Below, piece by piece: positions 10,777-20,110 of a DNA stretch of 35,938 nucleotides. Source of the DNA: Fusobacteriaceae bacterium (GTDB lineage Bacteria; Fusobacteriota; Fusobacteriia; Fusobacteriales; Fusobacteriaceae); contig JBOFDW010000011.1 in the NCBI GenBank assembly GCA_051647385.1, positions 1-35,938 on the forward strand. Reading direction: 5' to 3'. Position numbers and translations under genes: made by a program. Position 1 is the first letter of the stretch. Each line of letters opens with the position of its first letter. The notes beneath the pieces are model-generated. The model saw nothing but the letters and a program-made list of their open reading frames with translations. It had not been told where the DNA came from and ran no database searches.

Positions 10777-11322
10777 TTAAAATTTTGGTGGTTCAATGTG
10801 ACCGTAGTCACCACTTGGTAGACGGTAAATAACATTTAGTTCGTTGGTCTCAGAGTTAACGAATGGATAAAAAAATCTTCCTAAACATTCAAGTTGTAAA
10901 ATAGCCTCATCAAGAGCCATTGGTCGAATATCTATGGAAGTCGAGACAACATTTCTTGAGCTTTCTTTCTCAACAACTTTTGTTTCAGAATTATATTTTA
11001 AACCACGAATATGTCCAAGATGATGATCATCTCGTCTTTTCTCTTTGATTTTTTTAATCTGGATATCAAGAGCCTCACTCACATCATTGATTGCATTGTA
11101 CAAATCATCTTGAGTTGCAGTAGCTTTCACTGTTGCACCGTTAATATAAACTAGAGCCTCAACTGTGTGATGATGCCCAGACTTCGATTTCATAGCAGAA
11201 AGCGTTACGTCAATTTCCAATATGTTATCAAAATGTTTGGTCGCCTTTCCAATTTTTTCTTCAGCGTATAATCTCATCGCTGCTGTAACTGCCAAATGTT
11301 TGCCGTGAATTATCATCTTCAT
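10777..11322 (-). CDS. hpf: ribosome hibernation promoting factor, long form
   Basis: 181 aa. N-terminal sigma-54-modulation/RaiA fold (MIIHGKHLAVTAAMRLYAEEKI) plus the C-terminal dimerisation extension (KPMALDEAILQLECLGRFFYPFVN...NVIYRLPSGDYGHIEP). Confidence 0.9.
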   Translation of the reverse strand: MKMIIHGKHLAVTAAMRLYAEEKIGKATKHFDNILEIDVTLSAMKSKSGHHHTVEALVYINGATVKATATQDDLYNAINDVSEALDIQIKKIKEKRRDDHHLGHIRGLKYNSETKVVEKESSRNVVSTSIDIRPMALDEAILQLECLGRFFYPFVNSETNELNVIYRLPSGDYGHIEPPKF

Positions 11323-11369
11323 AATTTACCACTCCCTAAAATTTGATTTGTGAAAATTTGGTTACCCTA

Positions 11370-12065
11370 TTATAACTCATTCTCTGAAAAATGTACATTA
11401 CCCTTTTTCAGGAACAAACTTTTATCAGTGATTTTAGCAAGTTCTTTTGAGTGCGTAACAACAATAATTGTCTGACCAAAATTTTTATTTATCTTTTTAA
11501 AAATCTCATGGATAGTTTCGCTGGTTTCTTCGTCCAAATTTCCTGTTGGTTCATCTGCCAAAACTATTTTCGGAGAATTTATAAGAGCACGAGCAATTGC
11601 AACACGCTGCTTTTCTCCGCCAGAAAGTTCAGTTGGTTTGTGATGAACTCTATCTTCAAGCCCAACTTCTTTCAATAATAATAGTGCTCGCTTTTCTACT
11701 TCAGATTTTTTGTCATAATTTTCTAGCAAAGCAGGGAGCATAACATTTTCAAGTGCAGTGAATTCTTTCAGCAAATAATGGAACTGAAAAATAAATCCGA
11801 GCTTTTTATTTTTCACTTTATCTTTTTGCGAGTCAGTCATGAGCTCAGTATCTTGCCCGTCAATGAAAATTTTTCCACTTGTGGGTTTATCCAGAAGCCC
11901 AATCAAATTCAAGAGTGTAGATTTCCCGCTTCCTGATTTTCCAATTATGGAAACAAATTCACCTTCATTAATTTCTACATTAAGTTTCCGAATAATGTGG
12001 AGCTCTTCTGTTTTGCCAACATAATTTTTTATAATATCTTGGAGCTTTAAAACATTTTTACTCAT
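11370..12065 (-). CDS. lolD: ABC transporter ATP-binding protein, LolD-like
   Basis: Walker [10 protein letters not shown], signature [15 protein letters not shown], Walker [13 protein letters not shown]. Overlaps the upstream FtsX-type permease gene by 8 nt. Confidence 0.8.
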   Translation of the reverse strand: MSKNVLKLQDIIKNYVGKTEELHIIRKLNVEINEGEFVSIIGKSGSGKSTLLNLIGLLDKPTSGKIFIDGQDTELMTDSQKDKVKNKKLGFIFQFHYLLKEFTALENVMLPALLENYDKKSEVEKRALLLLKEVGLEDRVHHKPTELSGGEKQRVAIARALINSPKIVLADEPTGNLDEETSETIHEIFKKINKNFGQTIIVVTHSKELAKITDKSLFLKKGNVHFSENEL

Positions 12066-13227
12066 ATTTTAACGCCTCCTGTGTCTCAAGTTTTGACGCA
12101 CGATATGCAGGAGAAAAGCTCGACAATAAAATTATCAGAAAGTTTGCCCCAACAATTATTCCAATTTCCTTCACACTAATTTCGATGGGAATTTTTTGGA
12201 TATAATAAATGCTAGTAATTCCAGGGAGCGAATAATTTTTGATGTACCACAAAAGTATGAGAGAAATTATCACGCCAAAAACAATTCCAATTGTACCCAA
12301 AGTTAAACCTTGTATCAAAAAAATTCTTGAGATATTTTTTCTAGAAAATCCCATAGCCCTAAGAATTCCTATGTCTTTAATTTTTTCACGAACCAGCATA
12401 TTTAAAATTACCCACACGACAAATCCAGCGATGATAACTATGAGAGAAAAAACTATAATCATGACAGTTTTTTCCAGTGTGAGAGCCGACAAAAGATTTC
12501 TGTTGAGCTCGCCCCAAGTCCTGCCGATAATTCTATGCTCTTGAAAAAGTTTCGTTGCAACTTCAGGAGCTTTATACGGGTTATTCAAAATAACTCCGAT
12601 ATCTTTTGCCTTGTCACCCAAGTAAGAAATATATTGTGCGGTCTTAAAATTTATCATGACAACATTTGAATCATAATCAAAATATCCCGTCATAAATATT
12701 CCCATAACTTCCATCTCAATAGGTTTTCCATCAGGAGTGATGAGGGTAATCTTGTCACCAACTGTGGCAGAAGAGACCGCCGCAAGTTCTGATCCAATAA
12801 GTATACCATCATTTTTGTTCTCAAGAATTTTTCCGCTCTTAAGTTTGCTTTCCAAGTTCATATATTTTTTTGCTGCTGCCAAATCGAAACCTTCAATTTT
12901 TATCCCAGAAACATATTCGGAATATTTATTTTTAATTTTTATGATACCTTGAAGTGGGACGCTGGGAACTGCTCCCTTCACTTCTGGATATTGCTCGATT
13001 TTTTTTATTTTCTCTTTATAATCTTCGATAGGTTTTCCGTTGCCATTTTTTATAAGAATATGGCTGGAGATGGAAAGCACGCTCTGAATCATATTTTTGT
13101 CGAGACCATTTGAAATTCCGATTGAAACTGTGAGAACGAGAATTCCTATTGTGATACCAATAATAGAAACTAGGCTCTGCCTCTTTCTGTCCAGCATATA
13201 TTTTTTTGCTATAAAAAATTCTATCAT
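12058..13227 (-). CDS. lipoprotein-releasing system permease, LolC/E (FtsX/MacB-type)
   Basis: 389 aa: N-terminal TM segment, large extracytoplasmic domain, then a C-terminal three-TM FtsX domain (DIGILRAMGFS). Confidence 0.8.
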   Translation of the reverse strand: MIEFFIAKKYMLDRKRQSLVSIIGITIGILVLTVSIGISNGLDKNMIQSVLSISSHILIKNGNGKPIEDYKEKIKKIEQYPEVKGAVPSVPLQGIIKIKNKYSEYVSGIKIEGFDLAAAKKYMNLESKLKSGKILENKNDGILIGSELAAVSSATVGDKITLITPDGKPIEMEVMGIFMTGYFDYDSNVVMINFKTAQYISYLGDKAKDIGVILNNPYKAPEVATKLFQEHRIIGRTWGELNRNLLSALTLEKTVMIIVFSLIVIIAGFVVWVILNMLVREKIKDIGILRAMGFSRKNISRIFLIQGLTLGTIGIVFGVIISLILLWYIKNYSLPGITSIYYIQKIPIEISVKEIGIIVGANFLIILLSSFSPAYRASKLETQEALKYE

Positions 13228-13267
13228 TATTTTTTCTCCCGTATGTTTTTTTGGAAAATTTTTATTG

Positions 13268-13945
13268 TTATATATTGTTTGTAGATGAATTGTTTTTTTT
13301 TAGATAGGAATTTTTTGTATAATAATTTTCCATACCATCAATAATTTTTTCAATAAATTGGAAGACCTCATTTTGAATTTTATCTAAATCATTTAATGTA
13401 AGATTGCTAGAGCATTCAGAAAAAGAAACCAAACCATGTGCTAAATTATTTCTAGCATTTTTAACTATTTCAAGCTTTTCAGCTTGTGGGACTTTATACC
13501 TAATCTTATGGCGATCACAAATTTTTTTTATTACATTATCGTCTAAATTTCCATTTATTCCAATCATTTTTCTATTAAAAATCATAGAATGATTTAATAT
13601 GATTTCATCAACAACATTTTTAAAACCTTTGCTGTGTCCATTTTTATCTAAAGAATTATTAAAGAGATTTGTAGAATTATGATCTAACCAAATCTTTTGT
13701 AGTTCTACTATAAGACTATTGTATGAATGGCTACCATCTTTAATCTTCTCATAAATTTCCTCAATACCTTTCATAATAGTTGCTTCTACTAAATTGTATA
13801 GCATCAAAAGAAAATTTGATTTTAAAATTCGGAATAAAGATTTTGGATTTATTTCGACAAAATTATTTAAAAAATTGTAAAACTCTGTCACTTCATTTTT
13901 TCTAGTTGCAAAAATTTCTTTTGTGGAAACCATGATTACAATCAC
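13268..13945 (-). CDS. HEPN-domain protein (predicted RNase)
   Basis: All-helical-looking 221-225 aa protein with a single canonical Rx4H motif, ARNNLAHG (nt 13436-13453). The GTG at 13945 overlaps the upstream stop (GTGA); an alternative ATG at 13933 has the SD GGGTGA. Confidence 0.7.
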   Translation of the reverse strand: MIVIMVSTKEIFATRKNEVTEFYNFLNNFVEINPKSLFRILKSNFLLMLYNLVEATIMKGIEEIYEKIKDGSHSYNSLIVELQKIWLDHNSTNLFNNSLDKNGHSKGFKNVVDEIILNHSMIFNRKMIGINGNLDDNVIKKICDRHKIRYKVPQAEKLEIVKNARNNLAHGLVSFSECSSNLTLNDLDKIQNEVFQFIEKIIDGMENYYTKNSYLKKNNSSTNNI

Positions 13946-14982
13946 CCTTTTAATAGTTGATTTTTTACATATACTACCCTTTCCTCCAATTTTCCTTTAT
14001 TATTACTAGCATCGGAAGTAGTTAATTCTTTGAATTTATGAGAATCCAACCAATCTATATTTGTTGGATATAAGTTAATTTTTTCTCTTAGAGCCAAAGC
14101 AACACCAACTGAAATAGCTTCAAATCTAACCCTAGGAGTTGTACTTGAGTCTTTTGATTTAGCAAAGCCAAATGGGAAATGTTTCTCAACAAATTTCAAC
14201 ATTGATTCAAATTCTTTTTTAAATTTTTCTTCGTCAAAACTATTAAGATTATTCTTAAGATATTCATCTAAAAAATTTTTGACTTCATTTCCAACATTTT
14301 CATAATTATTTAAATATGCAAAAAATCTCAAGACAAATTCAAATCGATCTTTTTGATTTACTTTTTTTGCTGATAGAGGAGCCAATTTTATGAAATCTTT
14401 ATTGTCTGAACATAATTCAATAAAAGAAGTTAATTTCCCGCGATATGCACCACGTCTAACTTCAGATGGGACGGCATTTTTACCAGCTGTATTTATTCTA
14501 TGAAAAAGATCTATTCTAACGTCTTCTGTTGTATTTTCATCTAATATTATAATCCTTAAAGAAATATTTAAAAATTTATCTTTTCGGGCATTTAGTAAAT
14601 CTTCATAATAGAAACCGTTAAGCTCTGTCAATTTTTTAAGTCCTTCTATTTTGAATTTATTCCCAATAAAATCGCTAATTGTTCTAGTCCTTTGAGCTCC
14701 GTCAATAATTTCAAATGTACCATTTGAACAAGTTGCGAAAAACATAAAAGGAATTGGCAAACCTAGAAAAAGAGACTCTATAAAAAAGTTTTTATTCTCA
14801 GAAGTCCATACATCAGCTCTTTGATATTCAGGGATAAAAAATGATTTTTTTGTAAATTTTTCAACAAGTAATTCAACTGTATAATCTTTTGTATCATACT
14901 TTACATTTTTATTGAGTGTTGCTATCTGTAAATCAGCTTTAAGTTTATTTTCATGAGAAATATTTTTGTTTTCTACTGTCAT
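13942..14982 (-). CDS. DUF262 (ParB/DndB-like) domain protein without DUF1524 nuclease module
   Basis: Signature motifs IPEYQRADVW, FEIIDGAQRTRTI and DLFHRINTAGKNAVPSEV. The start overlaps the methyltransferase stop (ATGA). Confidence 0.8.
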   Translation of the reverse strand: MTVENKNISHENKLKADLQIATLNKNVKYDTKDYTVELLVEKFTKKSFFIPEYQRADVWTSENKNFFIESLFLGLPIPFMFFATCSNGTFEIIDGAQRTRTISDFIGNKFKIEGLKKLTELNGFYYEDLLNARKDKFLNISLRIIILDENTTEDVRIDLFHRINTAGKNAVPSEVRRGAYRGKLTSFIELCSDNKDFIKLAPLSAKKVNQKDRFEFVLRFFAYLNNYENVGNEVKNFLDEYLKNNLNSFDEEKFKKEFESMLKFVEKHFPFGFAKSKDSSTTPRVRFEAISVGVALALREKINLYPTNIDWLDSHKFKELTTSDASNNKGKLEERVVYVKNQLLKG

Positions 14983-16055
14983 AGTTTACCTTCTCTTTTT
15001 AAATGATTTAAAATACTTAATCCAACTGCATGACCTAATTCAACTGGAACCGCATTGCCGATGTGCATTCCAATATTTCTAGTATTAAGATTTTTTTCTT
15101 GATCTAAAAACAAATAATTCTCTGGGAAAGATTGAAGTATTGCACCCTCTCTTAATGAAAGTGCTCTTTCCTGATCTGGATGACCAAATCGACCGTTTCC
15201 ATATCCAAAAAATTGAGTGGTTATAGTTGGTGCAGGAGCATCCCAACACATCCGACCATATACGGAAGAATAAGATTTGCCACTAGATTTTTTATGACAC
15301 TTAAGCCTTAATTTTTCGTCCCAGTCTCTCCATGTTCCACCTGGCTTTGATTGCCTTATTCTAGCAATATTCATCTTAGAAAGCTTTGCACACCTATGTA
15401 ATAAATCTTTTGCAGAAAAATCCCCATGTTTTAAAGGAGGGAGATGACCTATTGCTTGACGAACAGTTGGATATTTATTTGGAGATGTAAATGGAGGAAC
15501 TAAAATTATTTTACCAAATCGCGACGCTAAAAGCACTAATCTTTTTCTATTTTGAGGAACACCATATGAAGCAGAATTTACAATATCAAAACTTACATAA
15601 TAACCTAGTTCTTCCAACTTTTTTATGAAATCATTAAACACATCAGTTTTAGGAAGAGCAGCAACATTCTCCATAGAAATTATATCTGGCAAAATTCCTT
15701 CAACTAAGTTTGAAAAAGAATATAATAATTTCCACTTTTCATCTTGATGACCGTTTTTTCTATATCTATCTGTATATTTGGAGAAAGGTTGGCATGGAGC
15801 ACAACCCATTAAAATTTTTATGGAGTTTTTAGGATATAATAAATTGAGTTCTGAAGATGAAATAGAAGTTATGTCTTTATTTATAAAAATAGAACCATTA
15901 TTTTTTTCATAAGCAAACCTACATGACTCATCAATGTCAATTCCAGCTATAACTTCTATTCCAGATTTTTGAACACCATAAGTAAGCCCACCAACACCAC
16001 AAAACAAATCAACAGCAACACACTTCAAAATTTTCATCCTCCTTGCAACCAACAT
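14979..16055 (-). CDS. dcm: DNA (cytosine-5)-methyltransferase
   Basis: Motif I DLFCGVGG, motif IV GCAPCQPFS, motif VI ENV, motif VIII QNRKR, motif X GNAVPVEL. The start may instead be the ATG at 16037. Confidence 0.9.
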   Translation of the reverse strand: MLVARRMKILKCVAVDLFCGVGGLTYGVQKSGIEVIAGIDIDESCRFAYEKNNGSIFINKDITSISSSELNLLYPKNSIKILMGCAPCQPFSKYTDRYRKNGHQDEKWKLLYSFSNLVEGILPDIISMENVAALPKTDVFNDFIKKLEELGYYVSFDIVNSASYGVPQNRKRLVLLASRFGKIILVPPFTSPNKYPTVRQAIGHLPPLKHGDFSAKDLLHRCAKLSKMNIARIRQSKPGGTWRDWDEKLRLKCHKKSSGKSYSSVYGRMCWDAPAPTITTQFFGYGNGRFGHPDQERALSLREGAILQSFPENYLFLDQEKNLNTRNIGMHIGNAVPVELGHAVGLSILNHLKREGKL

Positions 16056-16229
16056 ATAATAAATTTAGCTAAATATATTTTAACATATTTTTTCTCATAT
16101 ATCTATATTTTTATAAATGAAATATTTATATATAAATAACAAAAATAAGAGCCAGCAATAAAATACTGACCCTCAAACAATATATTACATTTATTTTTTC
16201 TATGCTATCAAAAAAAATTGCAAAACTTT

Positions 16230-18503
16230 TTACTCACACTTAGAATATCCACAGCTTCTGCAAGAATAACATCCACCAGAAATATCCATCTCTTGACCAC
16301 ACTCTGGACAATGAGCTACAAAAAGTGGGTTCTCTTTTTTCTTCTCTTCGACAACTTTCTCTTTTATTTCTTTCGCTTTCAAAAGTATAGCAGCTTTTTC
16401 CTCATCGTTGAGACCCATTTCATGTTCAAATTTTTTCAAAACATTCATGATAGCTGATGGACAAGTTCCTCCAAGTGCAACATCTTCTTTTTTTGCTCGA
16501 GCAGTTGCGAAAGAGGTACATCCGCTCACTCCTTCAATGGCTCGCTCAAGCATAAATAAATTTCCGCCCAGTCTTAAAACTCCAGACATCAAAATTGCAA
16601 CCGCCTGAATATTTTTTTCACATCCACCGACACCGCTTCGCACCACATAAATATCTTGGATACATCTTTGTGATGGAGAATATCCTATCATCACATTAAT
16701 TTTTCCGCAACCAATTCTTATTGGGTTCGGATAATAAATTGTATCTTCAGCAATAGGTTTTTGCTCACCACGTAAGAAACCTTTTTCGCTTGGTGGAAGA
16801 ATCAACTCTTCTTTTTTCTCAGCATCAACTACAAGAATTCCTTCTCGTCTGCAACCACTTCTATATATTGTAACACCTTTTAGACCAGAACTCCATGCCT
16901 CAATATAAATTTTCTCGACTTCTTCCACAGTAGTTTTGTTTATGAGATTGACAGTGGAAGAAATACTTGCATCAATCCTGTTCTGCCAAATTGACTGCAT
17001 TTTTATTCTTGACACTGGATCAAGATTTTGTGCTGTAACAAAATAGTCTGGCAATTCTGCTGTTGCATCCAAATTATTTTCCAAGAGGAATTTTTCTGCA
17101 ATGGGAATATAAACCTGATAAATTTTGTCCTCGCCGTGAAGACTCTCAGTTTTTCTCGTATAAGAAAATGCAAAGTTTGGTTCGATACCAGTACTCATTT
17201 GCAACATTGTTCCGATAGAACCAGTTGGAGCAATAGTTAATAGTTGAGAATTTCTTAGTCCATGATTTTTAACAAGCTCAACAGTTTCAGGCGAAGCATT
17301 TTCTTTGAAGAAAGGGGACGCCAAAATTTTATCAACTTTGAATTTTGGATAAGGACCAAAATCTTTTGCCAAAATTGCACTGGCTCTAATAGCTGAGTCA
17401 ATCATAGTTTTTGCAATCTTGTCGCAAAACACTAGAGATTCTTCCGTTCCATATTTAAGTTTCATCTCAATTAAAAGATCCCCAACACCCAAAATACCAA
17501 GCCCTATTTGTCTCCAGTCTCCAACAGACTGCTTTTGTTCATCGAGGGGATGAAGAGGTAAACCTTCTTCCAAGACTTCGTTTAATGCTCGCACACTTTT
17601 TTCTACTGCAACTTTGAATCTCTCAAAATTAAATTCTCCGTTATCAATAAATGACGGCAGAATTATTGAACCAAGAAGACAACTTCCTCCAGCTGGTAAT
17701 GGTTCTTCAGCACAAGGATTTGTTCCAGCAAATTCAAACTCGTCATCTTCTGAAAGCAAATTCCACTCTTTGATTTTATCCCAGAACAAAACTCCTGGCT
17801 CAGCAAAATCCCAGTTTTGTCTTGCAAATTCTCTGAACAATTTTCTTGCGTCAGCTGTTCGTCTTATAACTTCCCCAGTGTCTATTACGGTAAATTCCAT
17901 AACGTGTTCTTTTCCATCACGGACTGCACGCATAAATTTTTCGTCGATTCTTACAGAAATATTTGCCTTCTTAATTTTATGTAAGTCAGATTTTATTTTT
18001 ATAAAGTCTTCGATGTCTGGATGATTCACGTCAATGGAAATCATGAGAGCACCTCGACGCCCTTTTTGCCCAATGACATCTGTTGTGTGATTATAAAGTT
18101 CCATGAAAGAAACTGCACCAGTTGTACTTTTTGCTGCGTTGTTGACTCCGCTTCCGTGTGGTCGGAGCTTGGAAATATCTACGCCACATCCACCACCGTA
18201 AGAATAAGTTCGAGCAAGTTTTTTTGCTGTCTCAAAAATTGACTCGATAGTATCTTCAGGGGGAGTTATCACGTAGCAGTTGGAATAAGTTATTTTTTTA
18301 CCAAGATGATGAAGTCCTCTATTAGAAAGAATTCTACCAGCAAATATAAACTCTTTGTTAATGAGCATTTCCTTTATATAATCCTGTCCACCAGAAACAC
18401 GCTCCAGCCATTCAGTAAAGTTTTCATCTCCGTACTTGTACTTTTTCTCCCAGATGTCCTGACCCAATTTGTTCTCAGAACCTAGCCATTTTTCTACATT
18501 CAT
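16230..18503 (-). CDS. nrdJ: adenosylcobalamin-dependent (class II) ribonucleotide reductase
   Basis: Catalytic barrel motifs (TNPCAEEPLPAGGSCLLGSI), a C-terminal TSCPD-type domain (GGTCPSAIMNVL) and a terminal Cys4 zinc ribbon (CPECG...CYSCRSCG). The ATG at 18503 has the SD AAGGAGAGG; the ORF-track TTG at 18536 is unlikely. Confidence 0.88.
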   Translation of the reverse strand: MNVEKWLGSENKLGQDIWEKKYKYGDENFTEWLERVSGGQDYIKEMLINKEFIFAGRILSNRGLHHLGKKITYSNCYVITPPEDTIESIFETAKKLARTYSYGGGCGVDISKLRPHGSGVNNAAKSTTGAVSFMELYNHTTDVIGQKGRRGALMISIDVNHPDIEDFIKIKSDLHKIKKANISVRIDEKFMRAVRDGKEHVMEFTVIDTGEVIRRTADARKLFREFARQNWDFAEPGVLFWDKIKEWNLLSEDDEFEFAGTNPCAEEPLPAGGSCLLGSIILPSFIDNGEFNFERFKVAVEKSVRALNEVLEEGLPLHPLDEQKQSVGDWRQIGLGILGVGDLLIEMKLKYGTEESLVFCDKIAKTMIDSAIRASAILAKDFGPYPKFKVDKILASPFFKENASPETVELVKNHGLRNSQLLTIAPTGSIGTMLQMSTGIEPNFAFSYTRKTESLHGEDKIYQVYIPIAEKFLLENNLDATAELPDYFVTAQNLDPVSRIKMQSIWQNRIDASISSTVNLINKTTVEEVEKIYIEAWSSGLKGVTIYRSGCRREGILVVDAEKKEELILPPSEKGFLRGEQKPIAEDTIYYPNPIRIGCGKINVMIGYSPSQRCIQDIYVVRSGVGGCEKNIQAVAILMSGVLRLGGNLFMLERAIEGVSGCTSFATARAKKEDVALGGTCPSAIMNVLKKFEHEMGLNDEEKAAILLKAKEIKEKVVEEKKKENPLFVAHCPECGQEMDISGGCYSCRSCGYSKCE

Positions 18504-18540
18504 GTGTACCCTCTCCTTAATTATTAATTTGACCAAAAAA

Positions 18541-18604
18541 ATTATAGCATACTTTCATCACAAAATATAGTAAAATTTTTTCATGACCGAGACTATATGT
18601 TGTT
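18541..18604 (-). promoter_or_regulatory. nrdJ promoter with two NrdR-box-like operators
   Basis: Minus-strand TATAAT at 18541-18546. There are two imperfect 16-bp palindromes: TTACTATATTTTGTGA (18558-18573) and ACAACATATAGTCT (about 18589-18604). Their centres are about 31 bp apart, and the proximal one overlaps the -35 region. Confidence 0.55.
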
Positions 18605-18728
18605 TGTCTAGAATTTTCAAAGGAAAATTTTTTGTTGAGAGGTAAAAGAAAAAAAGATTTTTTCATATGGAGATTTTTTTGCAAATATTTTTTCCTGAAA
18701 TATTTTGCGAGACTTAAAAGTTTTGAGC

Positions 18729-18770
18729 AAAAAAAATCCCCGTGCAAAATTTTACACAGGGAAAAGTTTT
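18729..18770 (-). terminator. rho-independent terminator (copy 1 of a repeated hairpin)
   Basis: Minus-strand CCCUGUG...CACGGGG stem followed by AUUUUUUUU, 18 nt after the stop of the 440-aa gene. Confidence 0.75.
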
Positions 18771-18787
18771 ATAAATTTATTTTTTAC

Positions 18788-20110
18788 TTAAAACTTTGTT
18801 ACTATCCCAGCTCTAAAAAATCCAGACGGTTTCATGTCAATGACACCTGGAACCCAACCTCTAGATTTATATCCTCCACCAATAGTTACATCAAAATTTT
18901 CTTTTATATTTATATTATAATCAAGAGCAACCATTCCACCAAAATCCATTTCACTTGCATAAAATTTCAAATCTTTTGGTTGTTGCCATCCGTGGATTTC
19001 ATAAGTAATATCTCCATACGGAACTTTGAGAGCAGTTTGTTTAAACATTAGTCCATAACCTGCTTCTCTATAATTTGTATTTCTTGTGAAAGTTAATTGA
19101 TATCTGTTATAATTATTTTTTGGTATAAAATATGTATCCAACATAAATTGTTGACCGAAAGGCGTTAGCCAAAATCTTGTGGCAAAGTTAAAATATAAAC
19201 TGTCACCAGCCGAAATTCTTTTTACTCCAAATATTTGAGGGTCAAGAAAATTGAAAAAACTTCTTTCTGAAGCTACATCTTGATATTTTATTTCTTCTTC
19301 AGTTGGAATCCATTCATCAATTCCGTAAACAGCTTCATTTTTTTCATTGAATCTTAAATATGAATCGTTTGGATTAAATAAATCATAAACCCACATCATA
19401 GTATCTCCATACAAAACATCTTTTCTGTTTTGTGTTGGATTTTTTTTAAGATCAGCAAGTGTGTTAGAATCTGACGCTAAGTATGCTACGCTTCCTAAGG
19501 CTGTTAGAACCATCATAAAACTATCCATAGATTTTGTATAGTAATTAAAAGAACGCGAACTCATTGTTCTTAGCCATTGGGTTTCCATTTCAATGCCCGA
19601 TATATCAACCCTTACGAGTTCTGAAATATTATTTTTTTTCAACTCATTTAGTTGTAACTCACCTGCTTCACTTGGAGTAGTTGAACCTCCGATACCTGAT
19701 GCCCCACCAATTTTTATTTGAGAATCAATTCCGTTATACTGCAAAATTGTATAATGCCCTTGTTCATGTGCCCATACATTCCCAGTCAAATAGAATCCAA
19801 GATCTGCAGTTATAATTGCGAGTTGTGTAAATCTCAAATCAATGTCAAAATGCCCAATCCAATAGTGGATACCTTGAGTAGATCCATCAACATAACCTAA
19901 TGTTGAAGCCATTGAAGGTCTTGTTATAGGATTACCACTACTGTTGTAAGGAAATTCTAAAATAGGAAACTGTGCATAAAAATCATAATCACTTTCAAGT
20001 CTTTTCTTTAATCTGTTTTTCTCATAAATTTCTTTTATACTTATTTCTTCCTCAGCAAAAATGACAGAGCCAATTATTAAAATAAAAAATAACACCAAAA
20101 ATTTCCTCAT
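18788..20110 (-). CDS. secreted/outer-membrane protein with HExxH motif
   Basis: The real start is the ATG at 20110 (SD GGAGG; MRKFLVLFFILIIGSVIFA signal peptide). The C-terminus ...GFFRAGIVTKF ends in Phe, as in a beta-barrel signature. An internal AHEQGH motif is present. The ORF-track N-terminal extension reads through the promoter module. Confidence 0.6.
   Translation of the reverse strand: MRKFLVLFFILIIGSVIFAEEEISIKEIYEKNRLKKRLESDYDFYAQFPILEFPYNSSGNPITRPSMASTLGYVDGSTQGIHYWIGHFDIDLRFTQLAIITADLGFYLTGNVWAHEQGHYTILQYNGIDSQIKIGGASGIGGSTTPSEAGELQLNELKKNNISELVRVDISGIEMETQWLRTMSSRSFNYYTKSMDSFMMVLTALGSVAYLASDSNTLADLKKNPTQNRKDVLYGDTMMWVYDLFNPNDSYLRFNEKNEAVYGIDEWIPTEEEIKYQDVASERSFFNFLDPQIFGVKRISAGDSLYFNFATRFWLTPFGQQFMLDTYFIPKNNYNRYQLTFTRNTNYREAGYGLMFKQTALKVPYGDITYEIHGWQQPKDLKFYASEMDFGGMVALDYNINIKENFDVTIGGGYKSRGWVPGVIDMKPSGFFRAGIVTKF

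Noticed and set aside
16056-16229. Possible controller (C-protein) box or terminator between dcm and nrdJ
   Set aside because: I could find no convincing palindrome, hairpin or small HTH ORF. I leave it as an unresolved AT-rich promoter region.
17614-18024. Antisense ORFs inside large genes, for example 17614-18024 and 18021-18242 in nrdJ, 24366-24776 and 24637-24888 in the SNF2 gene, 29407-29829 in the ankyrin gene, and 12239-12544 in lolC
   Set aside because: They lie entirely within, and opposite to, ORFs with strong domain evidence. They have no SD, and their composition is the low-complexity mirror image of the real frame.
18504-18787. Cobalamin riboswitch upstream of the B12-dependent RNR
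   Set aside because: There is no B12-box-like sequence or extended GC-rich structure. The leader from the predicted -10 to the start codon is only about 35 nt. The region is better explained by NrdR boxes plus the upstream terminator.
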